The notes under the pieces were generated by a model that saw only the letters and a list, made by a program, of their open reading frames with translations, did not search any database and was not told where the DNA came from. A DNA stretch of 64,000 bases from NCBI RefSeq assembly GCF_964213995.1, contig NW_027590138.1, positions 1,054,001-1,118,000 on the forward strand. Reading direction: 5' to 3'. The position numbers and the translations under genes were made by a program. This DNA is from Mustelus asterias. Its lineage: Eukaryota. Of this stretch, positions 1 through 12,318 are shown piece by piece; positions within the stretch are counted from its first letter, which is position 1; every line of letters starts with the position of its first letter.

Positions 1-68
1 CCAGGGAGCGGCGCGGGCTTGGAGGGCCGAAGGGCCTGTTCCTGTGCTGTATTGTTCTTTGTTCTTGT
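1..68 (+). mobile_element. CR1-type LINE 3' end
   Basis: GGGCCGAAGGGCCTGTT...TGTGCTGTATTGTTCT matches the 3' end of the full-length CR1 at 30901-30958. Confidence 0.6.
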
Positions 69-1456
69 TCATGAATATTTCCAGCGTTTTCCGTTTTATG
101 TCAACCAGAGAATGTGCAAGAATTGTCACACCCGGAACAGATGTCTCTTCCTCAGGACACCCCAGCTCGGGTCTGGGGGGTGCGGGGGGGGGGGGGGGGG
201 GGGGGGTGCGGGGGAGGGCTGCGGGTAACGTTCACAATTTTGTGTTTGTGTCTGGTGCGAATAATACTTCAGATTAAACGGAGAAGTTTTTTAAACTGAG
301 GAAAGTAGCTGCGTTTGGGCGCTGACTTTAAACAACGTGAACAAGCCCGGGCTGCTGGAGAAACATTTAGGGATTTGTGAGCAGTCAGTTCCGGCTGGTT
401 TGAAGTGAAATCCTGTCGGTGCTGCGGCAAATCTGAACTCAAACCAGACAAACTGGAACCGCTGGGTTAGAGATTCCGGGTGTTGGGATGTGGGAGCTGG
501 GGGAGGGGGAGATGGCGGTAAAACTCTGAGCCTGAGTTTAGACAGGGTGAGCGGGGTAAAGGGGAGGAATGACAGAGTTAATGTGGGAGTCAGGGACAAT
601 AGCAGAAAGTGGGAATCTCTGGAAAGGAGCAATGGGGGGAAAGGCCATCAAAGAATGCTTGTTTAAATGAAGATAAAAGCAAAATACTGTGGGTGCTGGA
701 ATCTGAAACAGAAACAGAAAATGCTGGAAATCTCAGCATCTGTGGAGAGAGAATAGAGTTAATGCTTCCAGTCTGGATGATCACAGATGCTGTCAGACCT
801 GCTGAGGTTTTCCAGCACTTTCTGTTTTTGATTAACTGAAGGTTCAGCAGGGAAAGAAGCAGCGAACTGAACACACTCAGTGAGGCTCTGCAATGTCCAT
901 CAACACATCCACATTGAGAGCGCCAAGGGGGAGGGGAAGGAGAAACTACTTGGGGCACAGCAGGAGGTCACCCCTACCCCCACTCTGTGGTTCCACATCC
1001 CTCCCTCACCTGGGCAGGGTTGGCTCGAGGTGCAGGAAGCTGCAAGCTGAGAGGCTGAGCTGTGAACTGGGCCGGGTTGGGGGTTTGAGTGACAGCCCTC
1101 GGGCTATATCAGGACAGGAACTGCCACAGATTCCCTCTTTTTTCCGTGGAGCTGTGTTGGTGAGTGTTTGTGCACTCTGGTTTCTCTTGATCCTATACAT
1201 GGATAGGATCTCTTGATCCTATAAATATTTTAGTGTAACCTCTGTCTCGCTGTCTTGGTAATGGGGGTGGGTTGTAGATTGCTGTGCGTGTTGACGAGAT
1301 AACCTGTCCTCAGCTAGTTTCGGTCTGCAGACTCCATTTCTCAGTCCAGTCTGCTGCTCTGTCTCTGTCTCTCTGTACTTTGCTGCAGTGCTCCACATTC
1401 TGAGCAACATCCAGCCCATTGTTATCTCCTGGAAAAAGCGGCAAACTGCCTTCACT

Positions 1457-1658
1457 GGTTAACATTTTTGCCTCACAGCGCCAGGGACCCGGGTTCAATT
1501 CCAGCCTCGGGTTACTGTCTGTGTGGAGTTTGTGCATTGTCCCCGTGTCTGTGTGGGTTTCCTCCGGGTGCTCCGGTTTCCTTCCACCGTCCAAAGATGT
1601 GCAGGTTAGGTGGATTGACCATGCTTACAATTGTCCCTTAGTGTCCCACCATGTATAG
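1457..1658 (+). mobile_element. tRNA-derived SINE (HE1/V-SINE-like), 5' part; its 3' part resumes at ~2596-2725
   Basis: GGTTAAC..GCCTCACAGCGCCAGGGACCCGGGTTCAATTCC box-A/B head, CTGTCTGTGTGGAGTTTG core. Confidence 0.8.
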
Positions 1659-1805
1659 GTTCTAATCTGATTTATTATTGTCACATGTACTGGAATAGAG
1701 TGAGAAGTAATATTTCTTCCGTGCTATGCAGGCAAAACGTACGTTGAGAAAGTACATGGGGGAAAGGAAAAACGTAGGGTGCAGAACATATTGTTGCAGT
1801 TACCG

Positions 1806-2528
1806 GTGGAGAGAGGGTTAAGCACAGGTTAAAGAGATGTGTATTGTCTCCAGACAGGACCGTTCATGAGATTTTGTAAGTCCAGGCAAGTCGTGGGGAT
1901 TACAGATAGTGTGACATGACCCCAAGATCCTGGGTGAGGCCGTCCTCATGTGTGCGGAACTTGGCTATCAGTCTCTGCTCAGCGACTCTGCGCTGTCATG
2001 TGTCGTGAAGGCCACCTTGGAGAACGCTTACCCGAAGATCAGAGGCCGATGATCTTCAGGTAAGCATTCTCCAAGGCGGCCTTCATGACACACGACAGCG
2101 CAAAGTCACTGAGCAGAGACTGATAGCCAAGTTCCGCACACATGAAGATGGCCCCAACCGGGATCTTGGGGTCATGTCACACTATCTGTAACCCTCACGA
2201 CTTGCCTGGACTTGCAAAATCTCATGAACTGTCCTGTCTGGAGACAATACACATCTCTTTAACCTGTGCTTAACCCTCTCTCCACTCACATTGTCTGTAC
2301 CTTTAAGACTTGATCCCCTGTAAAGTCTCGCATTCCAATCATTATTTTGTAAATTGAGTTTGTGTCTTTATATGCCCTGTTTGTGAAAAACTCCCACTCA
2401 CCTGATGAAGGAGCAGCGCTCCGAAAGCTAATGGATTTTTTAACCAAATAAACCTGTTGGACTTTAACCTGGTGTTGTGAGACGTCTTACACTGTTTACC
2501 CCAGTCCAATGCCAGCATCTCCACATCA
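1806..2528 (+). mobile_element. Penelope-like element 3' end with inverted (fold-back) pLTR
   Basis: 1806-2040 is the reverse complement of 2051-2285; encodes the GIY-YIG C-terminus (AEQRLIAKFRTHEDG) and ends in GCATCTCCACATCA. Confidence 0.85.
2398..2434 (+). ncRNA. Minimal hammerhead ribozyme motif (Penelope-associated), helix I mismatched
   Basis: CTGATGA-A-GGAGC-AGC-GCTCC-GAAAGCTA. Confidence 0.6.
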
Positions 2529-3032
2529 CTGCTGAATATCTCCAAGATTTATTCTCTTTATTCCAGATACAATCTCTACAGAGTTTTGTTCCAGTACATG
2601 TAGGTTAGGGGGATTAGTGGGTAAATATGAGGGATATGGGGTAGGGCCTGGGTGGGATTGTGGTTGGTGCAGACTTGATGGGCCAAATGGCCTCTTTCTG
2701 CACTGTAGGGTTTCTATGTTCTATTGTTTTATTGTATCGAGATTAGAAACACAGGCTGACTAGTTCGGAGCCAGTTTGAATCAGGCTGCGTGTTGGATGC
2801 AGAACTCGGTCCCTGGCCTCCTATGAGTGTTTTTGTTATTGTTGCTTCAGTCTGAACTCTATTTATAACCTGTCTCTGTGGGCTCTCTCTCAATCCACTT
2901 TTTCTCTGTTTCAAATCAATTTCACAGGAACTAGGATGAGACGATTTGCAGTGAGGAAACAAGAAATAAATATCATATCAGAATCTGACAGTCATCTCAT
3001 TTATCGTAACTGAATATCAGTGGATTTTGAAC

Positions 3033-3734
3033 ATGGAAGGAAAACGCACCGTTCACAGTGGAGAGAAACCATACATGTGTTCTGTGTGTGGACGAGACTT
3101 CAGCCGATCATCTGGCCTATCGAGACACAAGTGCAGTCACTCCATGGAAAAACTGTGGAAATGTGTGGACTGTGGAAAGGAATTCAATTACCCATTCCAG
3201 CTGAAAATTCATTGGCGCATTCACACTGGGGAGAGGCCATTCACCTGCTCTGAGTGTGGCAAAGGATTTACTGAGTCAGGAAATCTGGTGTCACACCAGC
3301 GCATTCACACTGGGGAAAGGCCATTCATCTGCTCAGAGTGTGGGAAGGGCTTCACTCGGTCATCCAACCTGCTGACACATCAGCGAGTTCACACTGATGA
3401 GAGGCCTTTTAAATGCTCAGACTGTGGGAAGTGCTACAAAAGTTCTGATGCACTCATGTCCCATCAACGTATTCACACTGACGAGAGACCATTCAGGTGT
3501 TCTCATTGTGGGACTAGGTTCAGGCATTCATGTAACCTCATTGTACACCAGCGCACCCACACTGGGGAAAGGCCATTCACCTGCTCTCAGTGTGGGAAGG
3601 GATTCAGTCAGTCCTCCAATCTGCTGACACACCAGCGAGTTCACACTGGGGAGAGGCCATTCATCTGCTCTGAATGTGGGAAGGGATTCACTCGGTCATT
3701 CCACCTGCTTAGACACCAAATAATTCACAAGTAA
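3033..3734 (+). CDS. C2H2 zinc-finger protein, ~8 fingers, no KRAB seen (ZNF-A)
   Basis: Open ORF from MEGKR; CxxC..H..H repeats with HTGERPF linkers; acceptor TTTCACAG near 2927. Confidence 0.85.
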   Translation: MEGKRTVHSGEKPYMCSVCGRDFSRSSGLSRHKCSHSMEKLWKCVDCGKEFNYPFQLKIHWRIHTGERPFTCSECGKGFTESGNLVSHQRIHTGERPFICSECGKGFTRSSNLLTHQRVHTDERPFKCSDCGKCYKSSDALMSHQRIHTDERPFRCSHCGTRFRHSCNLIVHQRTHTGERPFTCSQCGKGFSQSSNLLTHQRVHTGERPFICSECGKGFTRSFHLLRHQIIHK

Positions 3735-4782
3735 CCACAGTGATTGGAATCTGCTGTTAATCCTATCCATGACTGTAATGTGTTAATTGGATTTTTGCTG
3801 ATAATGAACTCCAGCCAGTTGTGTGGTTTAATATTCTGAATAGAAGTCAAAATAAACTAGCTTTGTGTTTAATACTGTGTTGAATCTTTTTCACATCATC
3901 AACATATCTGAATTCCTTTTTGAAGTGCTCTCTCATGTCGGAATACTTTTAAACTTTAGGTTGAAATTGCGATTGGGAAATTAGATTAAATTTGTTTATT
4001 CCACAATTGCTTCTCTGAAATTCCCCAGAACACCCAACTTCTGCCTTCCCGCATTGTTGCTGTCCGTTCTGTAAAAGGGAAGATGAAACAAGAGGAGTCT
4101 CAATCTAATCCGCACTCTCATTAATCTGTTCTAGTGTCATTGCATTCTCTCACGTCATTTACATGTTTCCCAATGTTGGAGACCTGCCTTTCAGTGAGCA
4201 GAAGTATCCCAATCTGGGATTTAATCAATGTGCCAATTAGGAAAATCACTTTATTGTTAAGGGCACGGGTGGGAATGAATTCCTTGGTCTTGTTATTGTC
4301 AGGCGGAAGCACTGGCTTACGAATTGTGTCAGAAAACATTTCACAGATATTCAAAATGAGAATGAACATTGATGGTAACTTGTTCCCAGGGATTGTTTTA
4401 AATAGCACAATGGCAACCTTGCGAAATGCATATGTTATATAAGCTGTCCGTTAGGCAGCAAAATACTCTGACCAAACAGACCCTTTGAGCAAAGCGACCT
4501 CGAAACGGACAGTCAAGATGGGGAAAGTGCTACACAGTAATTACACGAGCAAGGAAATATCATCAAAGGACGAAGCGCGAGTGAACGAAGCATAACTGTA
4601 TTTTTAGTATAGTTGCAAGTTAAAAACCCAACAGCGGCACAGCTGTTCAGGTTGCGTGTTCTGTTTTGATTTGATATTTCATTTATGATCCTGTGACTCT
4701 TACTGTGGACACGATATCATTGTTTCTGTTTATCGGTGCGGGAGCGCCCTCTGCTGATCTCTAACCGGAACCCCCAGTCTGG

Positions 4783-4822
4783 GGTTTTTGTGCGGGGTTC
4801 GCTGTATTTCTGCACCAGTGTG
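4783..4822 (-). promoter_or_regulatory. Recombination signal sequence (23-type, 24-nt spacer)
   Basis: Heptamer CACACTG (4822-4816), 24 nt, consensus nonamer ACAAAAACC (4791-4783). Confidence 0.85.
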
Positions 4823-5126
4823 GGCTCCATGGCACAGAAATACACGGCGCTGTCAGGCAGAAGAGCCCTGGCGATTTTTAAAGGAACAGTGTTGTTTCCT
4901 TTGTGCAAAGCAGCCGAGAACCTATCTGACAAATCCGGAGACGTATTGGTATTGCCCGAGCTATATATCTTCATCAAATATCGCAGAGCTTGCCCGGGAT
5001 AGTGGATGCACCAGAACGCAGTTTGAAAAGCAGCTGTCGAGTATTTACAGTCCAACAATATGCTCTGTCCTTCCAGAACACTTCATTTAGATCGATCTTG
5101 AAACACTGAAGCTTCAACATTCATCC
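4823..5126 (-). pseudogene. T-cell receptor alpha/delta-like V segment pseudogene
   Basis: Acceptor TTACAG then GMNVEASVFQDRSK*SVLEGQSILLDCKYS..FWCIHYPGQALRYLMKI..RFSA..TVPLKI..DSAVYFCAME; in-frame TGA at 5083-5085; followed by an RSS. Confidence 0.85.
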
Positions 5127-5234
5127 CTGTAACTAAACACAGAAGATATTAAATATCTCAGAGCGAAGAGAGCCCATGGAACAGACACTGATCATTCAAA
5201 CATTGGCTTAATGCTGGAAATTTTCAGTCACATC

Positions 5235-5480
5235 AACACTTCAATGAAGTTAATGTGAAAATCCCCTAGTCGCCATACTCTGGCGCCTGTTCGGATACAC
5301 TTAGGGAAAAGTTAGCATGGCCAATGCACCTAACCAGCACATCTTTCGGACTGCGGGAGGAAACCGGAGCACCCGGAGGAAACCCACGCAGATACGGGAG
5401 AACCTGCAGACTCCACACAGACAGTGACCAAACCAAACCCAGTGCTGTGAGACAGCAGTGCTAACCACTGTGCCACGATG
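5235..5480 (-). mobile_element. tRNA-derived SINE with alternative 3' tail
   Basis: SINE core plus tail GACTAGGGGATTTTCAC..ACTTCATTG. Confidence 0.7.
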
Positions 5481-6496
5481 TCAGATTATTCTTGCCAGTA
5501 CTTTTATTATTACAATGTAATTTAGTGCAGTCGAATGTATACATGAGAGATGATCCCAACTTTATTTTGTTGCTGACGATTCACTTCATTCAATTAATAG
5601 TGGTTATAAAAGCCCATTTTAAACTATATGAAGCCATCAAGATTCCGATAAGATGCCTACTCTAAAATAACAACACAAGATGCAAACATGACCCTGGATT
5701 CACATTCATTCCCGATATTGTTTAGTTATTTGCATTTAAATCTTTCCATCATAATGTTACCCCATAAGTTCTGGTTGTTAACTTTATCAATTATTGCTGC
5801 CCGAATATAACGAGTAACTTGGTGGACTTTTTGAAATGGGAGAGTGGGAGAAATCGGATTGTCTCAACCCTGAACTTGAGGAAAAAGGGGAGAAAGAGAA
5901 GAATGTAGAGCCAGTGTGAAGACAGAGACAGTCAGAAGCAGGGCAAAGGGAGATGGAGAAACCGAGGCGGAATGGCAGAACGAGATACATCGGTCCCAAA
6001 CGAAAAGAGAACCGGAGAACCCGACAAATACAGTCCTTTTAGTACTGGATATCAGACAAGTCAGGATTGTGTGCGAGTTGGGGGAGAGAAACTCGGAGGT
6101 GATGGCGTTCACATCTACCTGCTACCTTGGTCCTTCTCGGTGTTGGAGGTTGAGGATTTGGGAGATTCTGTCAAAGTTCTCATTGAGTTCCAGATGTATA
6201 AAATCCCTCTCCTTCACCCCGGCCCCTTCTACTTCTCTCTGTCTCCACTCGAGACCAGGTGTCAGATTTCCTTTCTTGACAGACATCAGCATACCACTTG
6301 GGTTTTTATGACAATCCAGCAGCTTTCCTCCATGTCTGTTTGGGTTCAAAGACAAATCAAAGACAACATATTTGATTTTTGTCCAGAATATTAGCCTCTA
6401 TAACTGACCTGAAGTTTATTAACATCAGCAGAATCAGACCCTAATGGATATAGCTCAGTTCTCAATCTGATTGACAACACAATCCAATCTCTGGAG

Positions 6497-7633
6497 TTAA
6501 TTGTGAATTTGCTGGTGTCTCAGCAGGTTGGATGTCTGAGTAAATCCCATCCCACACTCAGAATATGTGAATGGTCTCTTCCCAGTGTGAACTCGCTCGT
6601 GTGCCCGCAGGTTGGATGACTGAGTGAATCTCTTCCCACACTGAGAACACGTGAATAGTCTCTTCCCAGTGTGAATTCGCTGGTGTGTCAGCAGGTTGGA
6701 TGACTGAGTGAATCTCTTCCCACAATCATTTAGGGGCGGCACGGTAGCACAGTGGTTAGCACTGCTGCTTCACAGCTCCAGAGTCCCGGGTTCGATTCCC
6801 GGCTCGGGTCACTGTCTGTGTGGAGTTTGCACATTCTCCTCGTGTCTGCGTGGGTTTCCTCCGGGTGCTCCGGTTTCCTCCCACAGTCCAACGATGTGCA
6901 GGTTAGGTTGATTGGCCAGGTTAAAAATTGTCCCTTAGAGTCCTGGGATGCGTAGGTTAGAGGGATTAGCGGGTAAAATATGTGGGGTGAGGGCCTGGGT
7001 GGGATTGTGGTCGGTGCAGACTCGATGGGCCGAATGGCCTCCTTCTGCACTGTAGGGTTTCTATGTTTCTATGTTTCTATTGCAGATGAACAGTCTCTCC
7101 ACAGTGTGAACTCGCTGGTGTCTGAGCAGTGCTGATGACTGAGTGAATCTCTTCCCACACCTTGAGCAAGTGAATGGTCTCTGTCCAGTGTGAACTCGCT
7201 GGTGTGTCAGCAGGATGGATTGGTGAGTGAATCCCTGCCCACAGTCAGAGCAGGTGAATGACCTCTCCCCAGTGTGAATTTGCTGGTGTGTTAACAGCGT
7301 GGGTGACTGAGTGAATCCCATCCCACACACAGAGCAGGTGATTGGCCTCTGCCCAGTGTGTGTGCGCTGGTGTGTCAGCAGGGTGGATGACTTCGTGAAT
7401 TCTTTCCCGCAGTCCGAGCAGGTGAACGGCCTCTCCCCAGTGTGACCACGCTGATGAGTTTCCAGCTGGGATGGGTAATTGAATCCCTTCCCACAGTCCT
7501 CACATTTCCACAGCTTGTCCCCATCATGACTGCATTTATGTTTTGACAGGTCAGGTGATCGATTGAATCCTTGTCCACACACAGAACACGAGTATGGTTT
7601 CTCTCCGCTGTGAACGGTGCTTTTTTCTTCCAT
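6497..7633 (-). pseudogene. C2H2 zinc-finger gene interrupted by a SINE (ZNF-B)
   Basis: ORF 7061-7633 fingers continue in 6497-6730 after the SINE insert. Confidence 0.85.
6731..7078 (+). mobile_element. Full-length HE1/V-SINE-like SINE in the ZNF coding exon
   Basis: GGGGCGGCACGGTAGCACAGTGGTTAGC head, CR1-like tail with (GTTTCTAT)n. Confidence 0.9.
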
Positions 7634-7989
7634 GTTTAAAAGATGACAATATTCAGGTTACGATAAATTGGCCGATGGTATCATTCCCTGATGTGATGTT
7701 TGGTTTCAGTTTCCCAACTGCAAATCGTCCCCTTCTAGAACCCTGTGAAATTGATTTAAAACAGAAAAAAGGGAGTGAGAGAGACCCACAAAAGCACAAA
7801 GACAGGTTGTGAAATTGAGCTGAATGAATCTGGTCATTTGTGGGGCCGGCACTAGGAAAAAGTGACCATGAAAACTGCTGGATTCAATTGATTCACTCAT
7901 GTCCTTCAGGGAAACCTGCCAACTTGTCTGGACTCTGCACCCAGGTCCTATCCCCGGAGCCCCACGTATCCTGTTACTTCCCGAACCTA

Positions 7990-8180
7990 CACATCTTGGG
8001 GCACTAAGGGGCAATTTAGCATGGCCAATCCACCAAGCCTGCACATCATTGGACTGTGAGAGGAAACAGGAGCGCCCAGATGAAAACCCACGCAGACACG
8101 GGGAGACACAGTCACCCGAAGCTGGAGTTGAACCTGGGTCACTGGAGCTGTGAGGCAGCAGTGCTAACCACTGTGCTACA
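7990..8180 (-). mobile_element. SINE fragment
   Basis: Reverse-complement SINE head and core. Confidence 0.7.
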
Positions 8181-8654
8181 CTTTTTCAAAGAACTGTAAC
8201 AATTTTGTGAAATGTCTGGGACTATTTTATTTTGTTAAAGACACAGTATGAATACAAATTATCTTCGCTGCCCTGATTTTGTTGTTCTGCTCATCAGTAA
8301 GAAATTGGAAGTGAAAGAGGGAAGTAGTTTGATAGACAAGTTGTTCAAATTCAGTCACTGGGAAGAATTTCAAAACATTGCCCCTAACAAACATGGCGGC
8401 TATGCATGCGCCCTACTGTTCCACCTCTTTCTCCAATTCCTCTCCGTTCTCCCATCCGCCAAGGAACAGCAGCCGGGCCGGAGCGGGAGAGAGGTGACAC
8501 CAGGAGGAGCAGCAGCCGAGAGGGTTACAGCGAACCCTGGTGGACTGGAGGGGAAACAGCAGCAGCACAGTCTCTGCCCAACGGCTTCCGCTGTTCAGCT
8601 GCTCAAAGACTCTGAGAACCTCTTCAAATGTAAACTTCAGCTTCTCACATTCAC

Positions 8655-9070
8655 CTATCCATCCCTTCCTCCATCCATCTCGCCCTCCCTCCCTCTCTCC
8701 ATCCATCCCTCTCCCTCCATCCACCCCTCCTTCCATCCATCTCACCATCCCTCCCTCTCTCCATCCATCCCTCTCCCTCCATCCACCCCTCCTTCCATCC
8801 ATCTCACCATCCCTCCTTCTCTCCATCCATCCCTCTCCCTCCATCCACCCCTCCTTCCATCCATCTCACCATCCCTCCCTCTCTCCATCCATCCCTCTCC
8901 CTCCATCCACCCCTCCTTCCATCCATCTCACCATCCCTCCCTCTCCGTCCATCCACCCCTCCTTCCATCCATCTCACCATCCCTCCCTCTCTCCATCCAT
9001 CCCTCTCCCTCCATCCACCCCTCCTTCCATCCATCTCACCATCCCTCCCTCTCTCCATCCATCCTTCCCG
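8655..9070. repeat. Polypyrimidine (CCAT/CCCT) minisatellite
   Basis: Reiterated CCATCCATCCCTCTCCCTCCATCCACCCCTCCTT units. Confidence 0.9.
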
Positions 9071-9355
9071 ACAACAAGAACCATTCACTCTGCACAGCAG
9101 TTTCACCCTCATTCCCACAGTCTGTATTCCAGCCTTCATCACATCCACTCTGCTACCAGATATTTTAGACCAATAGATATTACAATTCAAACTTCACAAT
9201 CTCTACAATTTAATATTTGTTCAGTAACCTTATAGACAGCAGAGAAATCATCAATTCCAAACCAACCCGAGCGAGAGGATATATATATACATTTTCTCAT
9301 TTCACAATAAAACCCACACACTGAGTTTCAGATTTGCTTCTGTCATTATTTTAGT

Positions 9356-10100
9356 GATGATGTGGAGATGCCGGCGTTGGACTGGGGTGAACACAGTAAG
9401 AAGTCTCACAACACCAGGTTAAAGTCCAACAGGTTTATTTGGTAGCAAAAGCCATTAGCTTTCGGAGCGCTGCCCCTTCGTCAGGTAAGTGGGAGTTCTG
9501 TTCACAAACAGGGCACAAAGACACAAACTCAATTTACAAAATAATGGTTGGAATGCGAGTCTTTACAGGTAATCAAGTCTTAAAGGTACAGACAATATGA
9601 GTGGAGAGAGGATTAAATACAGTTAAAGAGATGTGTATTGTCTCCAGCCAGCACAGTTAGTGAGATTTTGCAAGCCCAGGCAAGTTGTGGGGGTTAGAAA
9701 GTGTGACATGAACCCAAGATCCAAGTTGAGGCCGTCCTCATGTGTGCGGAACTTGGCGATCAGTCTCTGCTCAGCGACTCTGCACTGTTGTGTGTCTTGA
9801 AGGCCACCTTCGAGAACGCTTACCCGAAGATCAGAGGCCAAATGCCCGTGACCGCTGAAGTGTTCCCCAACAGGAAGAGAACACTCTTGCCTGGTGATTG
9901 TCAAGTGGTGTTCATTCACCCGTTGTCGTAGCATCTGCATGGTCTCCCCAATGTACCATGCCTCGGGACATCCTTTCCTGCAGCATATCAGGTAGACAAC
10001 GTTGGCCGAGTTGCAAGTGTATGTATCGTGCACCTGGTGGATGGTGTTCTCACGTGAGATGATGCCATCCGTGTCGATGATCCGGCATGTTGTCCAGAGG
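9356..10100 (-). mobile_element. Penelope-like element, GIY-YIG endonuclease 3' part plus terminus with hammerhead motif (9453-9488)
   Basis: SANVVYLICC..WYIGET..LRQRVNEH..PVGEHF..AEQRLIAKFRTHEDGLN. Confidence 0.9.
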
Positions 10101-10620
10101 TTGCTGAACAAACAAATAAACTTTATACAGTGAGAAAGGGAAAACAAGTTACAATATGTGGAAGGTAAAACATTCAAGGACTTTAGAGAGGAAAGGGAGA
10201 TGGGATGGTAGTTTACAAGGGCATGTGTCAAAGATATTTTATTGAGAAGTGGGTGATGATATCGGATTTGAAGGAGAGGAAGATATTGGCAATATCAGCT
10301 GATATGGAGAAGTTGTGCTGTCAGTAGGACAGTGGGAATAGGATTGAGGGATCAGGAGATGGGTCTCATGGGCAAGATGAGCTCTAAGAGGACATGAGGG
10401 GAGGCAGGAGAGAAACTGCAGCAAGATGAGAGTTCAGAGCTCAGACAAAGGGGAGCGTTAGAGGAGGTTTGTTCCAGTGGGTTAGGGGAAGGAGGGAAGC
10501 AGGAGAGACAGCTGATTGGATTGTCTCAAACTTAGTGACAAAGAAGATTGTGAGTTTTATTCCCAATGAGCACTTGCGGGGAAGTGAAGCTGGAAGAGGG
10601 ACAAAGGGAGAGCAACTCAA
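10100..10620 (-). mobile_element. Degenerate LINE (L2-like) fragment
   Basis: Decayed RT-like reading (NYHPISLSSLKSLNV). Confidence 0.45.
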
Positions 10621-10810
10621 AAGGAATTCAGTTGTGCTGATGATATTAAAAAGATTCACAGTACTGAACACAAAGATAATTTATTTGACTTTTATTCAGA
10701 ATATTAAACCGTATAACTGGCTGGAGTTCATTAACATCAACAAAAACAAACGCAATGAACGTATTACAGTCCTGGATAGGATTAACAGCAGATTCCAATC
10801 ACTGTGGTTA

Positions 10811-11509
10811 CTATTGAATTCTTTGGTGTCTAAGCAGGTAGGATGACTGAGTGAATCTCTTCCCACTCTCAGAGCAGGTGAATGGCCTTTCCCCAGTGTG
10901 AGCTCGCTTGTGTCTCAGCAGGCTGGAGGACTGAATGAATCCCTTCCCACACTCGGAGCAGGTGAATGGCCTCTCCCCAGTGTGAATTCGCTGGTGTACA
11001 GTAAGGTTATGTGAATGCTGGAACCCAATCCCACAGTGAGAGCACCTGAACGGTCTCTCATCAGTGTGAACACGTTGATGGGACATCAGTCCCCAAGAAC
11101 TTTTGAAGCACTTCCCACAGTCTGAGCATTTAAAAGGTCTCTCATCAGTGTGAACACGTTGATGGGACGTCAGTTCCCAAGAACTTTTGAAGCACTTCCC
11201 ACAGTCTGAGCATTTAAAAGGTCTCTCATCAGTGTGAACTCGCTGATGAGTAAGTAGGTTGGATGACTGAGTGAATCTCTTCCCACACTCAGAGCAGGTG
11301 AACGGCCTCTCCCCAGTGTGACTGCGCCGATGAGTTTCCAGCTGGGATGGGTAATTAAATTCCTTCCCACAGTCCACACATTTCCACAGTTTTTCCATGG
11401 AGTGACTGTACTTACGTTTTGACAGGCCAGAGGATCGGCTGAAGCCTCGTCCACACACAGAACCCGTGTACAGTTTCTCCCCACTGTGAATAGTGCTTTT
11501 TCCTTCCAT
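10811..11509 (-). CDS. C2H2 zinc-finger protein, ~8 fingers, first and last degenerate (ZNF-C; inverted paralog of ZNF-A)
   Basis: Open [25 protein letters not shown].. Confidence 0.75.
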   Translation of the reverse strand: MEGKSTIHSGEKLYTGSVCGRGFSRSSGLSKRKYSHSMEKLWKCVDCGKEFNYPSQLETHRRSHTGERPFTCSECGKRFTQSSNLLTHQRVHTDERPFKCSDCGKCFKSSWELTSHQRVHTDERPFKCSDCGKCFKSSWGLMSHQRVHTDERPFRCSHCGIGFQHSHNLTVHQRIHTGERPFTCSECGKGFIQSSSLLRHKRAHTGERPFTCSESGKRFTQSSYLLRHQRIQ

Positions 11510-12049
11510 GTTCAAAATCCACTGATATTCAGTTATGATAAATTGGACGACTCTGGCAGTTCCTGATATGATATTTACTTTCAGTTTCCTGACTGCAAAT
11601 CGTCCCCTTCTAGTCCCTGTGAAACTGATTTAAAACAGAAAAAAGGGGATTGAGAGAGAACCCATAGAGACAGGTGATGAACAGAGTCCAGACCGAAGCA
11701 ACAGTAAAAAAAAAACACGCAGGAGGCCAGGAACCGAGTTCTGCATCCAACACGCAGCCTGATTCAAACCGGCTCCTAACTGTGTTTCTAAATTCGAACC
11801 TATAAAACAATAACACAGAAAACTCTGTGGAGACGGTATCTTCGACAAAAAACAAATCCTCGAGATATTCAGCAGACTAGGCAGCCTGTGAGAGTTACAA
11901 ACAGAATTGAGGGCTCAGATTGCTGACTTGCCTTCAGTCTTTAATGAAACATCTAGAGTCAGGCACTGACTAATGGCGGTCACAATTCCCACAATGCTCT
12001 GCGCCCCAGGAACCCCTCTATTCAAAAGTTGTTCACCGTAATTCACTAA

Positions 12050-12318
12050 TCATAGAATCCTTCCAGTGCAGAAAGAGGCCATTTTACCCATCGAGTCTCT
12101 ACTGACTCTGAGAGCATCTTTCCCAGGCTCACCTCCTATCCCAGTAACCCCACGCACTTACTCTGCTAATCCCCATCCTGACCTTTTTCTTCATCCTGCC
12201 TGCAACCGCAACAATATATTCTGTACCCTTACTGTGCAAACTCCACAGAGACAGTCACCCACCGCTGGAGTCGAACCCTGGCGCTGTGAGGCAGCAGTGC
12301 GAACCACTGTGCCACAGT
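12050..12318 (-). mobile_element. SINE (degenerate)
   Basis: CATAGAATCC..GTGCAGAAAGAGGCC tail and SINE head on the minus strand. Confidence 0.65.

Larger units (their letters stand above)
69..3880 (+). repeat. Left arm of a large inverted segmental duplication (partner 10665-13665)
   Basis: 69-1457 is the reverse complement of ~12316-13665 (ORF 291..632(-) is near-identical to 13156..13497(+)); 2530-3880 mirrors ~10665-11876. Confidence 0.9.

Noticed and set aside
5655-5710. Possible leader exon for the TCR V (minus strand, MNVNPGSCLHLVLLF*)
   Set aside because: In-frame stop and weak donor; cannot be supported.
6733-6810. tRNA-like sequences with box A/B
   Set aside because: SINE heads, always followed by the SINE core and tail.
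8248-9235. Pro/Ser/His-rich 306-aa and 231-aa ORFs
   Set aside because: Translation of a stop-free CCAT/CCCT repeat.
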